The translations under genes and the position numbers were made by a program. The notes below the pieces were generated by a model, which was given only the letters and a program-made list of their open reading frames with translations, had not been told where the DNA came from and did no database searches. From the NCBI RefSeq assembly GCF_000150275.1, contig NW_002060945.1, forward strand, positions 1,740,199 to 1,804,198: a stretch of DNA of 64,000 nt, written 5' to 3'. Positions 39,277-50,574 of this stretch are shown in pieces (the first letter of the stretch is position 1; every line of letters begins with the position of its first letter). The DNA comes from Trichoplax adhaerens. Lineage: Eukaryota > Animalia > Placozoa.

Positions 39277-40776
39277 ATGGAACAAATCAGTAAAACCTTC
39301 GATGGCAATGCCTTCATGTCTACTTGGACGTTGGCTATTATCGCCGTGACCTGTGCTGTCTATCTATTCTATACTAGCTATGTTTCCCCTTTTAAGTTAT
39401 TCTCTAAGTCGGGTATTAAAGGACCTCCACCCACATTAATTGTGGGCAATCTATCTGAATTTAGAAAGGGCTTACATGATAGTCTGGTGAATAACCGACA
39501 AAAGTATGGAAAAGTATTTGGTACTTTCTTAGGGACACAACCGATGTTATGGATAGGAGATGTCGATATTCTCAAAATCATTATGGTCAAAGAATTCCAT
39601 CAATTCCCTGATCGAGAAGCACTAATAAAGAAGTTGCCTTACCCTTTCAAACACAGCGTTCTATTTACTAGTGGTGAGGATTGGAAACGAATCAGGAGCA
39701 TCTTAACAGCAACATTTAGCGCATCGAAATTGAAACAAATTTTTTATATAGTCGAGAGTGCGTGTAACAGATGCGTAGAGAAGTTGGAAGCTCTTAGTGA
39801 AAATGAAGAAATCGCTGACATGAAAGTTATTTACGGTAACTTAACTATGGAAGTAATCGCAGCATCAGCATTCGGAGTTCAACTTGAAAACGATCCTCGT
39901 GCAAGTAAATTAATTAACTATGCTAATAAAATATTTGATACCGCACCCACAATACAATTCATTTTAGTTTTAATGCCATCATTTCAACCATTCCTTCGAT
40001 TTTTTCTCCGAGAGCGACAAGAATCGACTACTTATATAGCCAATACTGTAAAGGGAATTATACGTGAGCGTCGTGAATCCCTAAAGAACGGAACTCGTTG
40101 CAATCGAGATCTTCTTCAGTTAATGATCGAAGCTTCTGAAGATGGCAAAATGAGCGATGATGAGATCGTCGGTCAAGCATATATCTTCCTTATTGCCGGT
40201 TATGAAACCACTGCTAATACATTAACTTATGCAACATACTTATTAGCAAATCATCCTGAAGTACAAGATAAGTTATATAAAGAAATTGATAAAACATATC
40301 AAGACAAAGGTGTAATCGATTACGAATCGGTGTCCGAGTTACAATATCTAGACATGGTTCTTAGTGAAACACTACGCATATATCCACCGGCCCATGCAGT
40401 TAATCGGGGTGTTAGTAAAGATGTTACTATCAACGGCGTTAAACTTCTAAAATCAGTACCTGTTGGAATTCCTATTTATGGCATTCATCACGATCCAGAC
40501 TACTGGCCTAATCCTGAGCAATTTAGACCAGAACGATTTACACCCGAAGAAAAACAAGCTCGTAATCCATCGTGTTATATGCCATTCGGTATGGGTCCTC
40601 GAAACTGTATCGGGATGAGATTAGCTTTAATTGAAGCAAAATTAGCTTTAGCAAAGGTAGTAAAAGCTGTAGAATTTAGTGCGATAGATAAAACAGAGAT
40701 TCCTTTAAAACTGAAAGCAGGTGGAACATTATCACCGGCTAACCCGGTATATGTCGGAATTAAGAAGAGATTATAG
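39277..40776 (+). CDS. Cytochrome P450, CYP3 clan, intronless, copy 2
   Basis: 499 aa, 25 amino-acid differences from copy 1 (hand count), all catalytic motifs intact. Confidence 0.97.
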   Translation: MEQISKTFDGNAFMSTWTLAIIAVTCAVYLFYTSYVSPFKLFSKSGIKGPPPTLIVGNLSEFRKGLHDSLVNNRQKYGKVFGTFLGTQPMLWIGDVDILKIIMVKEFHQFPDREALIKKLPYPFKHSVLFTSGEDWKRIRSILTATFSASKLKQIFYIVESACNRCVEKLEALSENEEIADMKVIYGNLTMEVIAASAFGVQLENDPRASKLINYANKIFDTAPTIQFILVLMPSFQPFLRFFLRERQESTTYIANTVKGIIRERRESLKNGTRCNRDLLQLMIEASEDGKMSDDEIVGQAYIFLIAGYETTANTLTYATYLLANHPEVQDKLYKEIDKTYQDKGVIDYESVSELQYLDMVLSETLRIYPPAHAVNRGVSKDVTINGVKLLKSVPVGIPIYGIHHDPDYWPNPEQFRPERFTPEEKQARNPSCYMPFGMGPRNCIGMRLALIEAKLALAKVVKAVEFSAIDKTEIPLKLKAGGTLSPANPVYVGIKKRL

Positions 40777-42883
40777 ATTAATTACATATTATCAGTATAA
40801 CTACAGTATTATGCGTTAGAGCATTACATGTTGTACTATAACTGGTATTCTCATATGGTAGTTCCGATTAATTAGTTACTATCACTAATATATCTAATTA
40901 GTTAATTAAGTGCAGGCTGTTATGATTACGATCAGCTGACGCTGCTGTAGATTATATATTGTATATTTAGATATTTATTTCTTTATCCAATTTAGAACTA
41001 ATCAATGACAACTTTAACGAAAGCCTTCCGAATATTAATTTTTAGATTTTTCAATAAAAACAATGAAAACAATGATGAACATTGCGTATAAGGGCTTCAG
41101 TTTGATCTAGGATGGCCAATTATTATAATATTCGATGTATATGCAATATTTGATATTTTGCTAGGAGTTGCTATCTCGAAGCAAAAATGTATGATTGTAC
41201 ATTGCCCGTTCGTCCACGCAATGTATATGCACTGTATAGATAGTAGATCAGTATTACTAGCAGAACCAATCGTAACACTTTGGCTTCGATATACCCCGTA
41301 CTAGAAAGAGCAAAAGGGCTCTATTAGCCTTTATATTTATCACACGAGTAGTGTTGAATCCTATGTCTAGTAATTCTAACCCGATTTAAAGCAGGCATCA
41401 ATTATTATCAAACTATTCAAGATATCTATGCAAAATATATCTCTAACAATTCCTTTATCGAAGCTAGTACATCTAGCGTAATCTACTTTGTGCTGAAAAG
41501 AGTGAAATCGCACTTTTAAATTTTACAATTAGAGCAACGTCTAATAATACCATGGGAATTCCTGCCTAGTTTAATTACGGTAGCCAATTAATTATTAAAT
41601 TATGTGAATAAATATACTGTACGTACGGTGGGTGGAAAAGCTATCATTTTACCAAAGTTGCTTTCTGGAAGCAAAAGTATACACCATACTGGTATACGTG
41701 CAATAATACTCAGTGCAACGTCGTTAAAAACGTATGTGTGCAATCTGCTGCGTGCTGGAAAGAGTAGAATTGTTCTATTATGTTTAATATGAGCAGTAAT
41801 AAATGTTGAATGATATATGCAGGATCTATAATCTGATATAAAGTAGCCAAGTATTAAAATGTTTAGATATATATGCAAATATACCGTCATATTTCACTAA
41901 GAGTCGTCTTCTTGAAGCAAGAATCTCCATACGTCTGGATAAAAGACCAGTTGGGGTTGTTGCACTGCTTGCACATGTAAAAGTAAGGAGCAGGACAGGT
42001 GCTCAAATAAAGACTTAACATAAAACCGTTACAGTAGTCCATTTCATTATAAAACTTTAAATGTAGATGAAGTGACAGTTGGGACGGGACTTCTCTCGAT
42101 TTTTATTCAGGTAGAAGAAATCGCGAAGTCCCTGCTATCGATACTCATACTATAATTATTAGGTTGCTTAGATGCTTTTTTGTCAATATTTAAACGGTTC
42201 CAATGCTTCGGAGTTCTGGCCAGGAATGTGCTACAGTGTAGTCCATATATTATTCTATATGTCCGTTATAATGAATCAATCAACACTTTGATGTCAAATT
42301 GTCAATATTTACATTTCTTACTAGAAAGAGTGCATTGTTATTTATGCAGGCTTTTTAGAACTAATGTTGAATATCAGTAACAGGTAAAAGTTGCTATCGT
42401 GAAAACAAGAATGAACGACTTGCAGTGTAATATCAGCATTCAATTAGGAATTAGTAAGTTGAAGGAGTATCCATCTAGAGCCACTGTGCTTTCTCCTTTC
42501 TTTTTAGGTTTGATTTTGTGGTACAAACTCGCAGCTCATGTGCCTAATAACTTCAAATTACTCACAGTACATGATGTCAGAGCACCAGCACAATCTGTAA
42601 CATCAGAGACTACTAGAAAAAAGAAACATAATAATACGTATTTTGCTACTGCTATAAACAAACAATTTATTTAATCGCTGATAAAATGGTGGACTTTACT
42701 AAAGGGTTATTATTTAACTGTAAAACAAAGTATCAGTTTTGCACAGGTACACAGATCACGTCAGTAATGTAATAAGCCCACTTCAGCTCAAACATGGCGA
42801 TTTGCAACAGTAAATACGCATCAATGATGCATATAATAAATTAATTATAATCCATGAATGGTAGATTTTATTAAAGGGCTCAT

Positions 42884-43040
42884 ATTAGCTTTAATTGAAG
42901 CAAAATTAGCTTTAGCCAGAGCAGTACAAGCTGTAGAATTTAGTACGATAGATAAAACAGAGATTCCTTTGAAACTGAGAGCAGGTGCAACACTATCACC
43001 GGCTAACTCTGTATATGTTGGAATTAAAAAATGATGATAG
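42884..43040 (+). pseudogene. CYP3-clan C-terminal fragment
   Basis: Translates LALIEAKLALARAVQAVEFSTIDKTEIPLKLRAGATLSPANSVYVGIKK*, homologous to 37735-37891. No upstream CYP sequence. Confidence 0.92.
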
Positions 43041-44898
43041 ATTATTTTATGTGCAATTGATAATCTGTTAACTTTTTGAAATTGCGTTGTAGTGGTCTTT
43101 GATCACTTAAAAAGTTTCCTTTTTGACGTAGCAATAGTTAATACTTGTTATTTTACTTCAATCTCTTTACAAAAGCTACTTTGATTTCTTTTCAGTGATG
43201 TCCTTAATCATAGATTGATAATAATTAATTAATACCGTGATTTATGCTAGATGAATTATCAATCTTGTATGAGGGATCTATTTAAGATATTTTTACACAG
43301 CAATAACGGAAAATTAATGCAATCATTTTTCAATCCAGTATTGTAGAGGCTATAGCTAGAGGACTGGTGGTATTGTTATCTAACTTCTAGAGAAGGATAG
43401 CCTTATAACGCTACTGTTTATTTATGGCAGTATGGAAATAAAGATGACCACTTTCCAGTAATATTGAATGCTGTTTAATTATTTTGAATAGGATGGAGAA
43501 GACCTTATTTAATAGATTGTTCACCCATATGAGTTTATTAGGCAATCTTAATACTGTAATTTTATTGATATATTTCTGCAGCGGTAATTTTAATTGTTAA
43601 AAATAATGCAAGGTATAGCATAGAAATGCTATTAATTTCAATAAGCTGATAACAACTAAAAGTAGAACTGTGATATAAATTTAAACTTACATAAGCAGGT
43701 ACTAACTTTCTTGCCATATCTTAATGAAGCTCATTGAAAATTTATAATGTTACTCGTACGTATATCGAACTGCAATAATTGTCTGGATTTAGTAACGAAT
43801 GCGTATATTATTCATCTTAATTGCACCGTGAATTGACTTGTATGCAAATGTGCAATACAGTATTTACGTGCTTCCGTAACAGGTTAGACTGTATCTTGTA
43901 TGGACAATATTGCAGCAAGTTCTATTTTATTGTTATTGAACAGTTTGTATCTTCATTTTCCATTAAAATTTCGTTGCTTACAATAAACACACAGTAAATT
44001 AAACACGATTCAAGTTATAGCAGGTTACAGTCGACATCACAATAATGATGTGTGTAAGTATTAAGATTGGTATTGTCATTCGGCTATTTTAGTATATCAA
44101 TTTCCCTATTTGAAAACTTTCGCTCTCATTAGAGTTTGATAGTTTGGACAAGGCAAGAAAGAAATAGTTGCAATACGTCTCTATGTCTTTAACATGGATT
44201 GTTATATATTGTGATAGGTATATAAATGTGGGGCATTCAATATAGCGTTTTAAATAATATTCCATATTAGCTCAAGCCATCAACTACATTAATTAGTTAG
44301 ACTTCATTTAAAAATGTGTACATTACACATAACGTCACAGCAAAGCAATCACTTCAATTATTGATAATAATTTTTATATGCGCACGTTGAATTTCAGGAT
44401 AATTTATGCTGATATCAATGTTGAGAAATAGGATACATATTCATGGCAATTAATTCCAGGTTGTATCGTGTTGCAGTTTCTGCAACGACACCACATTAAT
44501 GAACTGATTAGAATAAAATTAAAATTACTATATGGGTTATGATAGGATAATTTTATGCAGAATATTTAAAAAATGAAAAAGCAGAATATACTACTTAGGA
44601 AAATTTATTTATTATTAATTTACTGTATTTCATTTAGCGTAAAATGATATCAATTTTAAGGTGAGTAATCCTGGACGCAATGATATATATGTAGCAAAAC
44701 TATATAATATGAATAGGAAATTAATTTGCCACTTGAAAATTCTTTAACGGTTATATATGGATGCAAGCTAACTTATTCCCCATACCGCAAGTTTGCAGTG
44801 GAGAATAATCAACCACTAACAGTTATTAGTGTAGTTATGCCAGCGTAAATATCGAATTTGCGCCATGGTTAAGGATATTATTGCAATGATTTAATTAA

Positions 44899-46017
44899 TT
44901 AACTAGCACTAGAATTTGCTTTTAACTTTCTTCTGTTTCGTACTTTAGATAATATTTCATATGCTTTATTGATTTCGATACTTTTCTGTTCTGATTCTCT
45001 TAAATTGTTTGGGTTTTTATCTGGGTGCCATTTTAAAATTAATTTTTTATATTGCCGTCGAATTTCAGCATCGGTCGCTTGCATACTCAATCCCAACACC
45101 TTCAAGGCATTCGATTCACCCTCAGGATCTAATGCTTTGTTAAGTTCTATCCAAACATGCCACCATCCATTTTGCTTTCCTTCTTGATAAATTGCGTATA
45201 GCACTTCCTTAAATTCTAGCCATAACGGTGACGAAAAGAAATGATCTACAGCATCCTTGACCTTGATACGTTCACCATCTTCTGAGGTAACTTCACCATG
45301 ATGATAGATCGATATAGAAATAGCAGTTATGTATAAAGTACCAGCTAAGGCTAATATTAGCCATCGTCGAAATACGCCTCGATGACACTTAAACTCATTA
45401 GGAGTTTTATATGTGGTACACATAGATGCAGCCGGGCTTGCAATTAATGCAGTCAAGAAAATAATTTGCGAATGGTTTTCATGGCCAAAACAGATAACAT
45501 TAAAAAATACAGCTAGTATAGAAATATATAAAGCTGGTTTTATTGCCAGCTTATGTCGGCCAACATTGGCTACTGTAAAAATTGCAATTGCTTCTCCAAT
45601 GGCCAAAAAAAGAAATGAGACGTAATAATGAAATTGATTGTCTAATGGAACGATCATGGATGTAATCAGACCGTAAACATAAGCAACACTGACTTGGGCT
45701 ACTAATCGTACAAATACAAATGGCGGTCCTTTGACTTCATTTTGTTTGCGGTTACTGGCTGATCCTTTTACTTCTTTCTTTTTGCGGTTACTTGGTTTAG
45801 ATGGTTTATCAAAGTCATCTTCATTTGCATCACGGACATAAGTAGGTAATCGCCAAAGATCGCGTAAACATCCAAGACCGAATAGTCCACCCAATGTCGA
45901 CCAATATAGGAAAGCGTGGCGATCACGACCAAGATAGAAATGATGAAGTCCAATAATGCCTCCAAAGATTAATAATATATAAGCTATCAATAAACTCTTT
46001 TGTTTTTTAACAGCCAT
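44899..46017 (-). CDS. DNAJC22: DnaJ homolog subfamily C member 22 (Wurst-like), intronless CDS
   Basis: N-terminal TM2 domain (KSLLIAYILLIFGGIIGLHHFYLGRD), multiple TM helices, and a C-terminal J domain with LKWHPDKN. Confidence 0.95.
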   Translation of the reverse strand: MAVKKQKSLLIAYILLIFGGIIGLHHFYLGRDRHAFLYWSTLGGLFGLGCLRDLWRLPTYVRDANEDDFDKPSKPSNRKKKEVKGSASNRKQNEVKGPPFVFVRLVAQVSVAYVYGLITSMIVPLDNQFHYYVSFLFLAIGEAIAIFTVANVGRHKLAIKPALYISILAVFFNVICFGHENHSQIIFLTALIASPAASMCTTYKTPNEFKCHRGVFRRWLILALAGTLYITAISISIYHHGEVTSEDGERIKVKDAVDHFFSSPLWLEFKEVLYAIYQEGKQNGWWHVWIELNKALDPEGESNALKVLGLSMQATDAEIRRQYKKLILKWHPDKNPNNLRESEQKSIEINKAYEILSKVRNRRKLKANSSAS

Positions 46018-46681
46018 GATAGAGTTTATACCATGGATAACGTCGTTAATGTTATTCTGTACACGAATAGGCTATGTAAGATATTGGTGCTATGGTAATT
46101 GATAATTCCATTCAATGTGCAGATGTAGCCAAAAACTGTTTCTTTTAATAGTTCATCTGTCGTGATGATTGTTTGGTAAAGTTTTGACTCAGAGTAACTA
46201 GTCAATTTTTAGATCTTTTCCTTTTAGTGATGCGATCTTTGGTCGAATAGCTGTATACTTGCCTGTTAAGGTTGTAGTAGTAATACAATTACAGTAAATA
46301 TAAAAAGAAGCCATATGTTCATATCATGGATGTACGATATCCTAAGCTGCATCAATGATATCCATCTAGATCGAAGATAAAGTTAAAGTTTCATATCAAG
46401 TCTTTTATTTGCCTAATGCAGAATTTGGTAGTTTAATAAATTGAAAAGATGATATTGATCGGCAAGAAGATCTACTGGAAGTAATTATGCAAAGTTCTAC
46501 GTCTGCACCACAAACAGACAAATATGCGTTATCATTACTTAACAGATTCTGTGCTCAATATTCGCCTATATGACCACATCAGTTTTCGATGGTATGATTC
46601 AATCGATCCAATTTTATCATTTTCTGTCAATCTATACTCTATTTTATGAAATAAAATAATATCGGCTGCATTCTCACATAC

Positions 46682-49183
46682 CGAGAAGCAGTCCAGTGAC
46701 TACATTTGATGGTGCCAGTTGGAAGTGGAGTTTTGTTGGTAGCAGGGGGTATCTTGTATTATTACTGATGACTTTTGACGGCACTGTGAATCCCTGACGT
46801 GGCAATGGACAAATGGTCTGGATAAAAAGGAAACATTGATTCCTATTCTCTCTATTAGATATTAATACCGCTGTCATCATCCTTCTTATTATTATTATCC
46901 TTTGGCTCCTTGATAAAAGATGAAGGCAACAATATACATTGTTATTGATAACTCATTTATTTATTTATATTCTATTCAAAATGTTTTTATTCACCATAAA
47001 CATGAGTGCAAATCTGATCAATGAACGAATTGCTGCATACAGGGCGACACAATCAAAGGAGTAGCAGAAGTTAGGCTATAGCATAGAGACAAGGTACTGC
47101 AGTGAAAATAATTCAATATTGCGTTTTCTATTATTTTGGCCCGCTTGATAATGATTAATTAATCTACGTAATTAGAGTTGGCTATTGACACAGCTACAAT
47201 GATAAAACTGGATATTGAAATGGGCACAAGCTAATTTTACTATCATCATTGCCGATATTCCTTTTTTTCTGTTTGCATTGAACACTGCGCAATAATGGAA
47301 CAAAAACTTTCATTCGATAGATATCTCGTAAGCAGGAGTTTTTATGCAGTAGAAAATAATGAAAATGGGACGACTATACCATCGCTAGGCATGGAAAGCT
47401 AGAACAACCAATGCGAGTGCTTTGAACTCCTATCAAGTTAAGCTAATGCAACAGCTCAAGACTTTTATAGACAGTCGTAAGCAAGAGCTTTCATGCAATA
47501 AAAATAAAGCAAAACAGGACTGCCATTGCTAGACATGAAAAACAAGATCACCAATGCCAACGTGAGTCCTTTGAACTCCCATCAGACTGAGCTAACGCCA
47601 TATTATTTGGGTTACAGACTTTCATGCCGTAGATATGTCGTAAGCAGGAATTTTTATGCAATAAAAAAGGATGAAAACAGGACTGACATTGTTCGACATG
47701 AAAAGCTAGAGCAACTAATGCCAATGTCAGCGCTTTGAACTCATATCAGGTTGAGTTAGTGCAATATCATTGAGTTTTAGACTCTCATTCCATAGATACG
47801 GTATGTCGTAAGCAGGAGATTTTATGCTGTAGCAAAAATTTAAAATAGGACTGCTATCGCTAGACATGGAAAGCTAGTATAACCAATCTGAATGCTATAA
47901 ACTCCTATCAAGTTGATTCAATGCATATGATTGAGCGAACGATTTTTCATTCTATCGATATGTCTTAAAGTAGGAGTTTTTATGTACTAGGAAAAAGTGA
48001 TAATAGGATAGCCTTCGCTAGACTTGAAAAGCTAGAACAACCAAAATCGAGGCTTCAATACGATCATAAAATCAATATTTCACGTTCGACCGGGAAGCTA
48101 TAGTAGGATGTCTTTTTTCTACTATAGCTACAGGATGTTAGTTCTACGTCTACAGTATACTATATGAATGAAAAATAACGCTGACAGACATTGGCAGCAC
48201 TTTTACTAAAGTACTAACTTATTCTAATCCTTAGCCTCCCCAAAACCAAAAGTTATCAACTATTACTGTCTGCATTGACATTGCAATATAGTTAACAATG
48301 ACACCGTCAATTAATTTCCATCGCCTTCTACTGTGGTCAATTGACAGATAGTAATTAATTAAATTAATTATGCATTTGTCGAAAAGCATGGTAATAAAAT
48401 GATGACGAATAATATCGTGTTATAACATGAAACGTTTTGGAATAAAAATTGCGCTGATTACCTGCGAGTCTTTGCAACACCTGGCGTGTTCAACGGGCCT
48501 TGTAGCAGTCACTGGTTTAGTCCTGCAAGTTAAGACCCAGTGGTATTGCAAACAGGGCTAAATACACCATTCGGAACCTTTCGTCTTGTTAATAAGGAAA
48601 GAAAATTTTCTAATCGAAGCTATCCTGCTTAAAAATCGAGGTATCCGCTCTGCAAATGGCCCACCGCTATTACTGCGCAAAGCAGATTACAAAATCCGTT
48701 CTAGCTAAAACGTCGGTGTCTTATACTATTAACCTCCTCGAGTAGGGGTAGATGTAGGTTTACAAGGGTTGTCCAACTTGGCTAAAGTATGTGTCATATA
48801 TCTGAATCTTAGACTTGGTTAATGTTAGTATACGAAAATACACAACAGTATGCTAATGTTGCTGCAAATGTCGTGTACTATTAACCTCCTGCAGTAGATG
48901 TAGGTCTGAGTTTACATGCGTTATCCAACTTTGCAAATATTGCTATACTGTAGATGTACGCGTACTGTACTTCTACCTTGGCATAGATGTGGATGTACGT
49001 AAATTTTCAAGCCTTGTCCAGTTAGCTAAATGGCTAAAGTATGCTAATATTGCTATCCTACGACGGGATAGATTAAACATTTATGTAACACGTCAAGTTC
49101 AAAGACTTGCAGTAGATTGTATGACCTAATAAATAAAATGGACTCACTCATTCTCTCCCTGCTCTTTGCAGTTTGCAATGGAT
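46682..49183 (-). CDS. Candidate orphan spliced ORF or upstream exons of DNAJC22 (partial)
   Basis: Segments 49183-49148, 48522-48462 and 46817-46682 have AG/GT borders and join in one open frame (SIANCKEQGENETKPVTATRPVEHARCCKDSQTICPLPRQ...). Start and stop are not defined; no recognised homology. Confidence 0.25.
47300..48045. repeat. Degenerate tandem repeat, ~150-170-bp unit, 5 copies
   Basis: Anchor tcgtaagcaggag...tttatgc at ~47326, 47475, 47638, 47806 and (degenerate) 47963, each followed by gctagacatg(g/a)aaagctag and gaactcctatca blocks. Confidence 0.9.
48720..49050. repeat. Short degenerate direct repeats (~150 bp)
   Basis: tactattaacctcct..agtag...gatgtaggt...tccaactt at ~48724 and ~48876; gctaaagtatg and gtatgctaat.ttgct also recur. 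Confidence 0.65.
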
Positions 49184-50574
49184 CTACAGTAGTTTAGCAG
49201 ATTTGTCTACTGGTATATAACATGAACAGTCAAAAGAGTGAAGGTTTATATAACTTTAAAAGGATACTTTTATATTATGTGCACCAGGAGTTTCTGACGA
49301 GACTATAAAAGGCTGATGCCTGAAGATTCCTTTTTAGTTCGTTAGTCGGTTAGATAGTCAACTAGTTTTCAATTGATATTTAATTGTGAAGACTATAATC
49401 TTGGGTGCCAAGATTCCTTCAGTAATAAATGATAGTAAATCTCTGACTATCTCGTCTACATCATCTGTGACGCTATAATTATACCATAGTATTCGGTTGT
49501 TGGAACTGAATTATTTGGTGATATAGCTAATCTCGCCTCTTTAAGTTAGTAAGTGGCGTTCTCCGCAAGGATTGGCGTGTGTAGACTACTTTGTCACTAG
49601 TGGTGTGTGACAGTTTACTACTTGAGTCGGTCAATTCTTTCTCATTATATTCTATATTGGTTTTGCAGCGACAAGATATATTGCAATTGATGGCAAGGTT
49701 TCATGGCTTGAGCATCAACTTTCGGTCTTAGTCGTTAAACTAATGCTAAAACGCCATCTTTATAGAGCTCTACATACTACTGTGTTTGATTTTATGGTAA
49801 ACTTAACAGATATACTACTTACTTTGGTAAAGTCTTTCAAATTATATTTTGCATTGCTTTTGCATACGCACAGGGTTTATTACAGTTTTATGGCAAGGTT
49901 TTTCTTACAGCTTTAGCATCCACTTTCGGTCTTTCTGGACGAATTCATAAGGTAGCTATATTACCTTGATAGTTGAACAAACGCTAAATTAAGGCGCTAT
50001 TCTTGTACATACTACTATACTGTATCGGATCTAACGATAAAATAAATAAATAACTACAGTATACTTGGGAGTCGTCCTGGCGATGCTTCTACTGTATGTC
50101 CTTGAATGATGCTTCGCTAAAAGAATAATTTCTCAAATTCATTTTTGTCCTCCTCGATCAATTTATAGAGTGAAAGTTTATTGTTTGCGTCACTAAAACA
50201 TTTTCTTTAGTAATATACATATTCAGTATCATCTTTGTCAATGTTGCGATATGGGCCAGTCCAATAAAGCAGCAGACAGTGTATCAAAATTGTAGAGGAT
50301 TAAGTTAAGTTAGTTAAGTTAAAGTCGATCCTAGTCTCTATCCATGATCAGTGATCTGAACCTCTAAATAACAGGTAAAATTCTAGTTAAATAGTAGCCA
50401 TAGTCAAGATGATTATCTAATCATCCATCAATCGACGATATCGTGCACTAAAAGTAAAAACTTGGCATAGAACTCGGACAGTAATGTATGATTTCTGTAT
50501 CTACTGGTAGTTTATTTTATAAATAAATGTAAAATCATTTGCTAATGCTTATAGTTGCACTATTCATTGCAGTT

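Larger units (their letters stand above)
36364..41470 (+). repeat. Tandem segmental duplication of the CYP unit (~36364-38610 vs ~39250-41470)
   Basis: Homology starts ~28 bp before each ATG (tcaaatttaatcacct.gttgatgtga) and extends ~700 bp past each stop. The further upstream regions are unrelated. Confidence 0.93.

Noticed and set aside
48096-48129. 11-bp hairpin after the 47-kb array as a Helitron 3' end
   Set aside because: The stem is AT-rich, there is no CTRR terminus at the expected distance, and no 5' TC boundary was identified.
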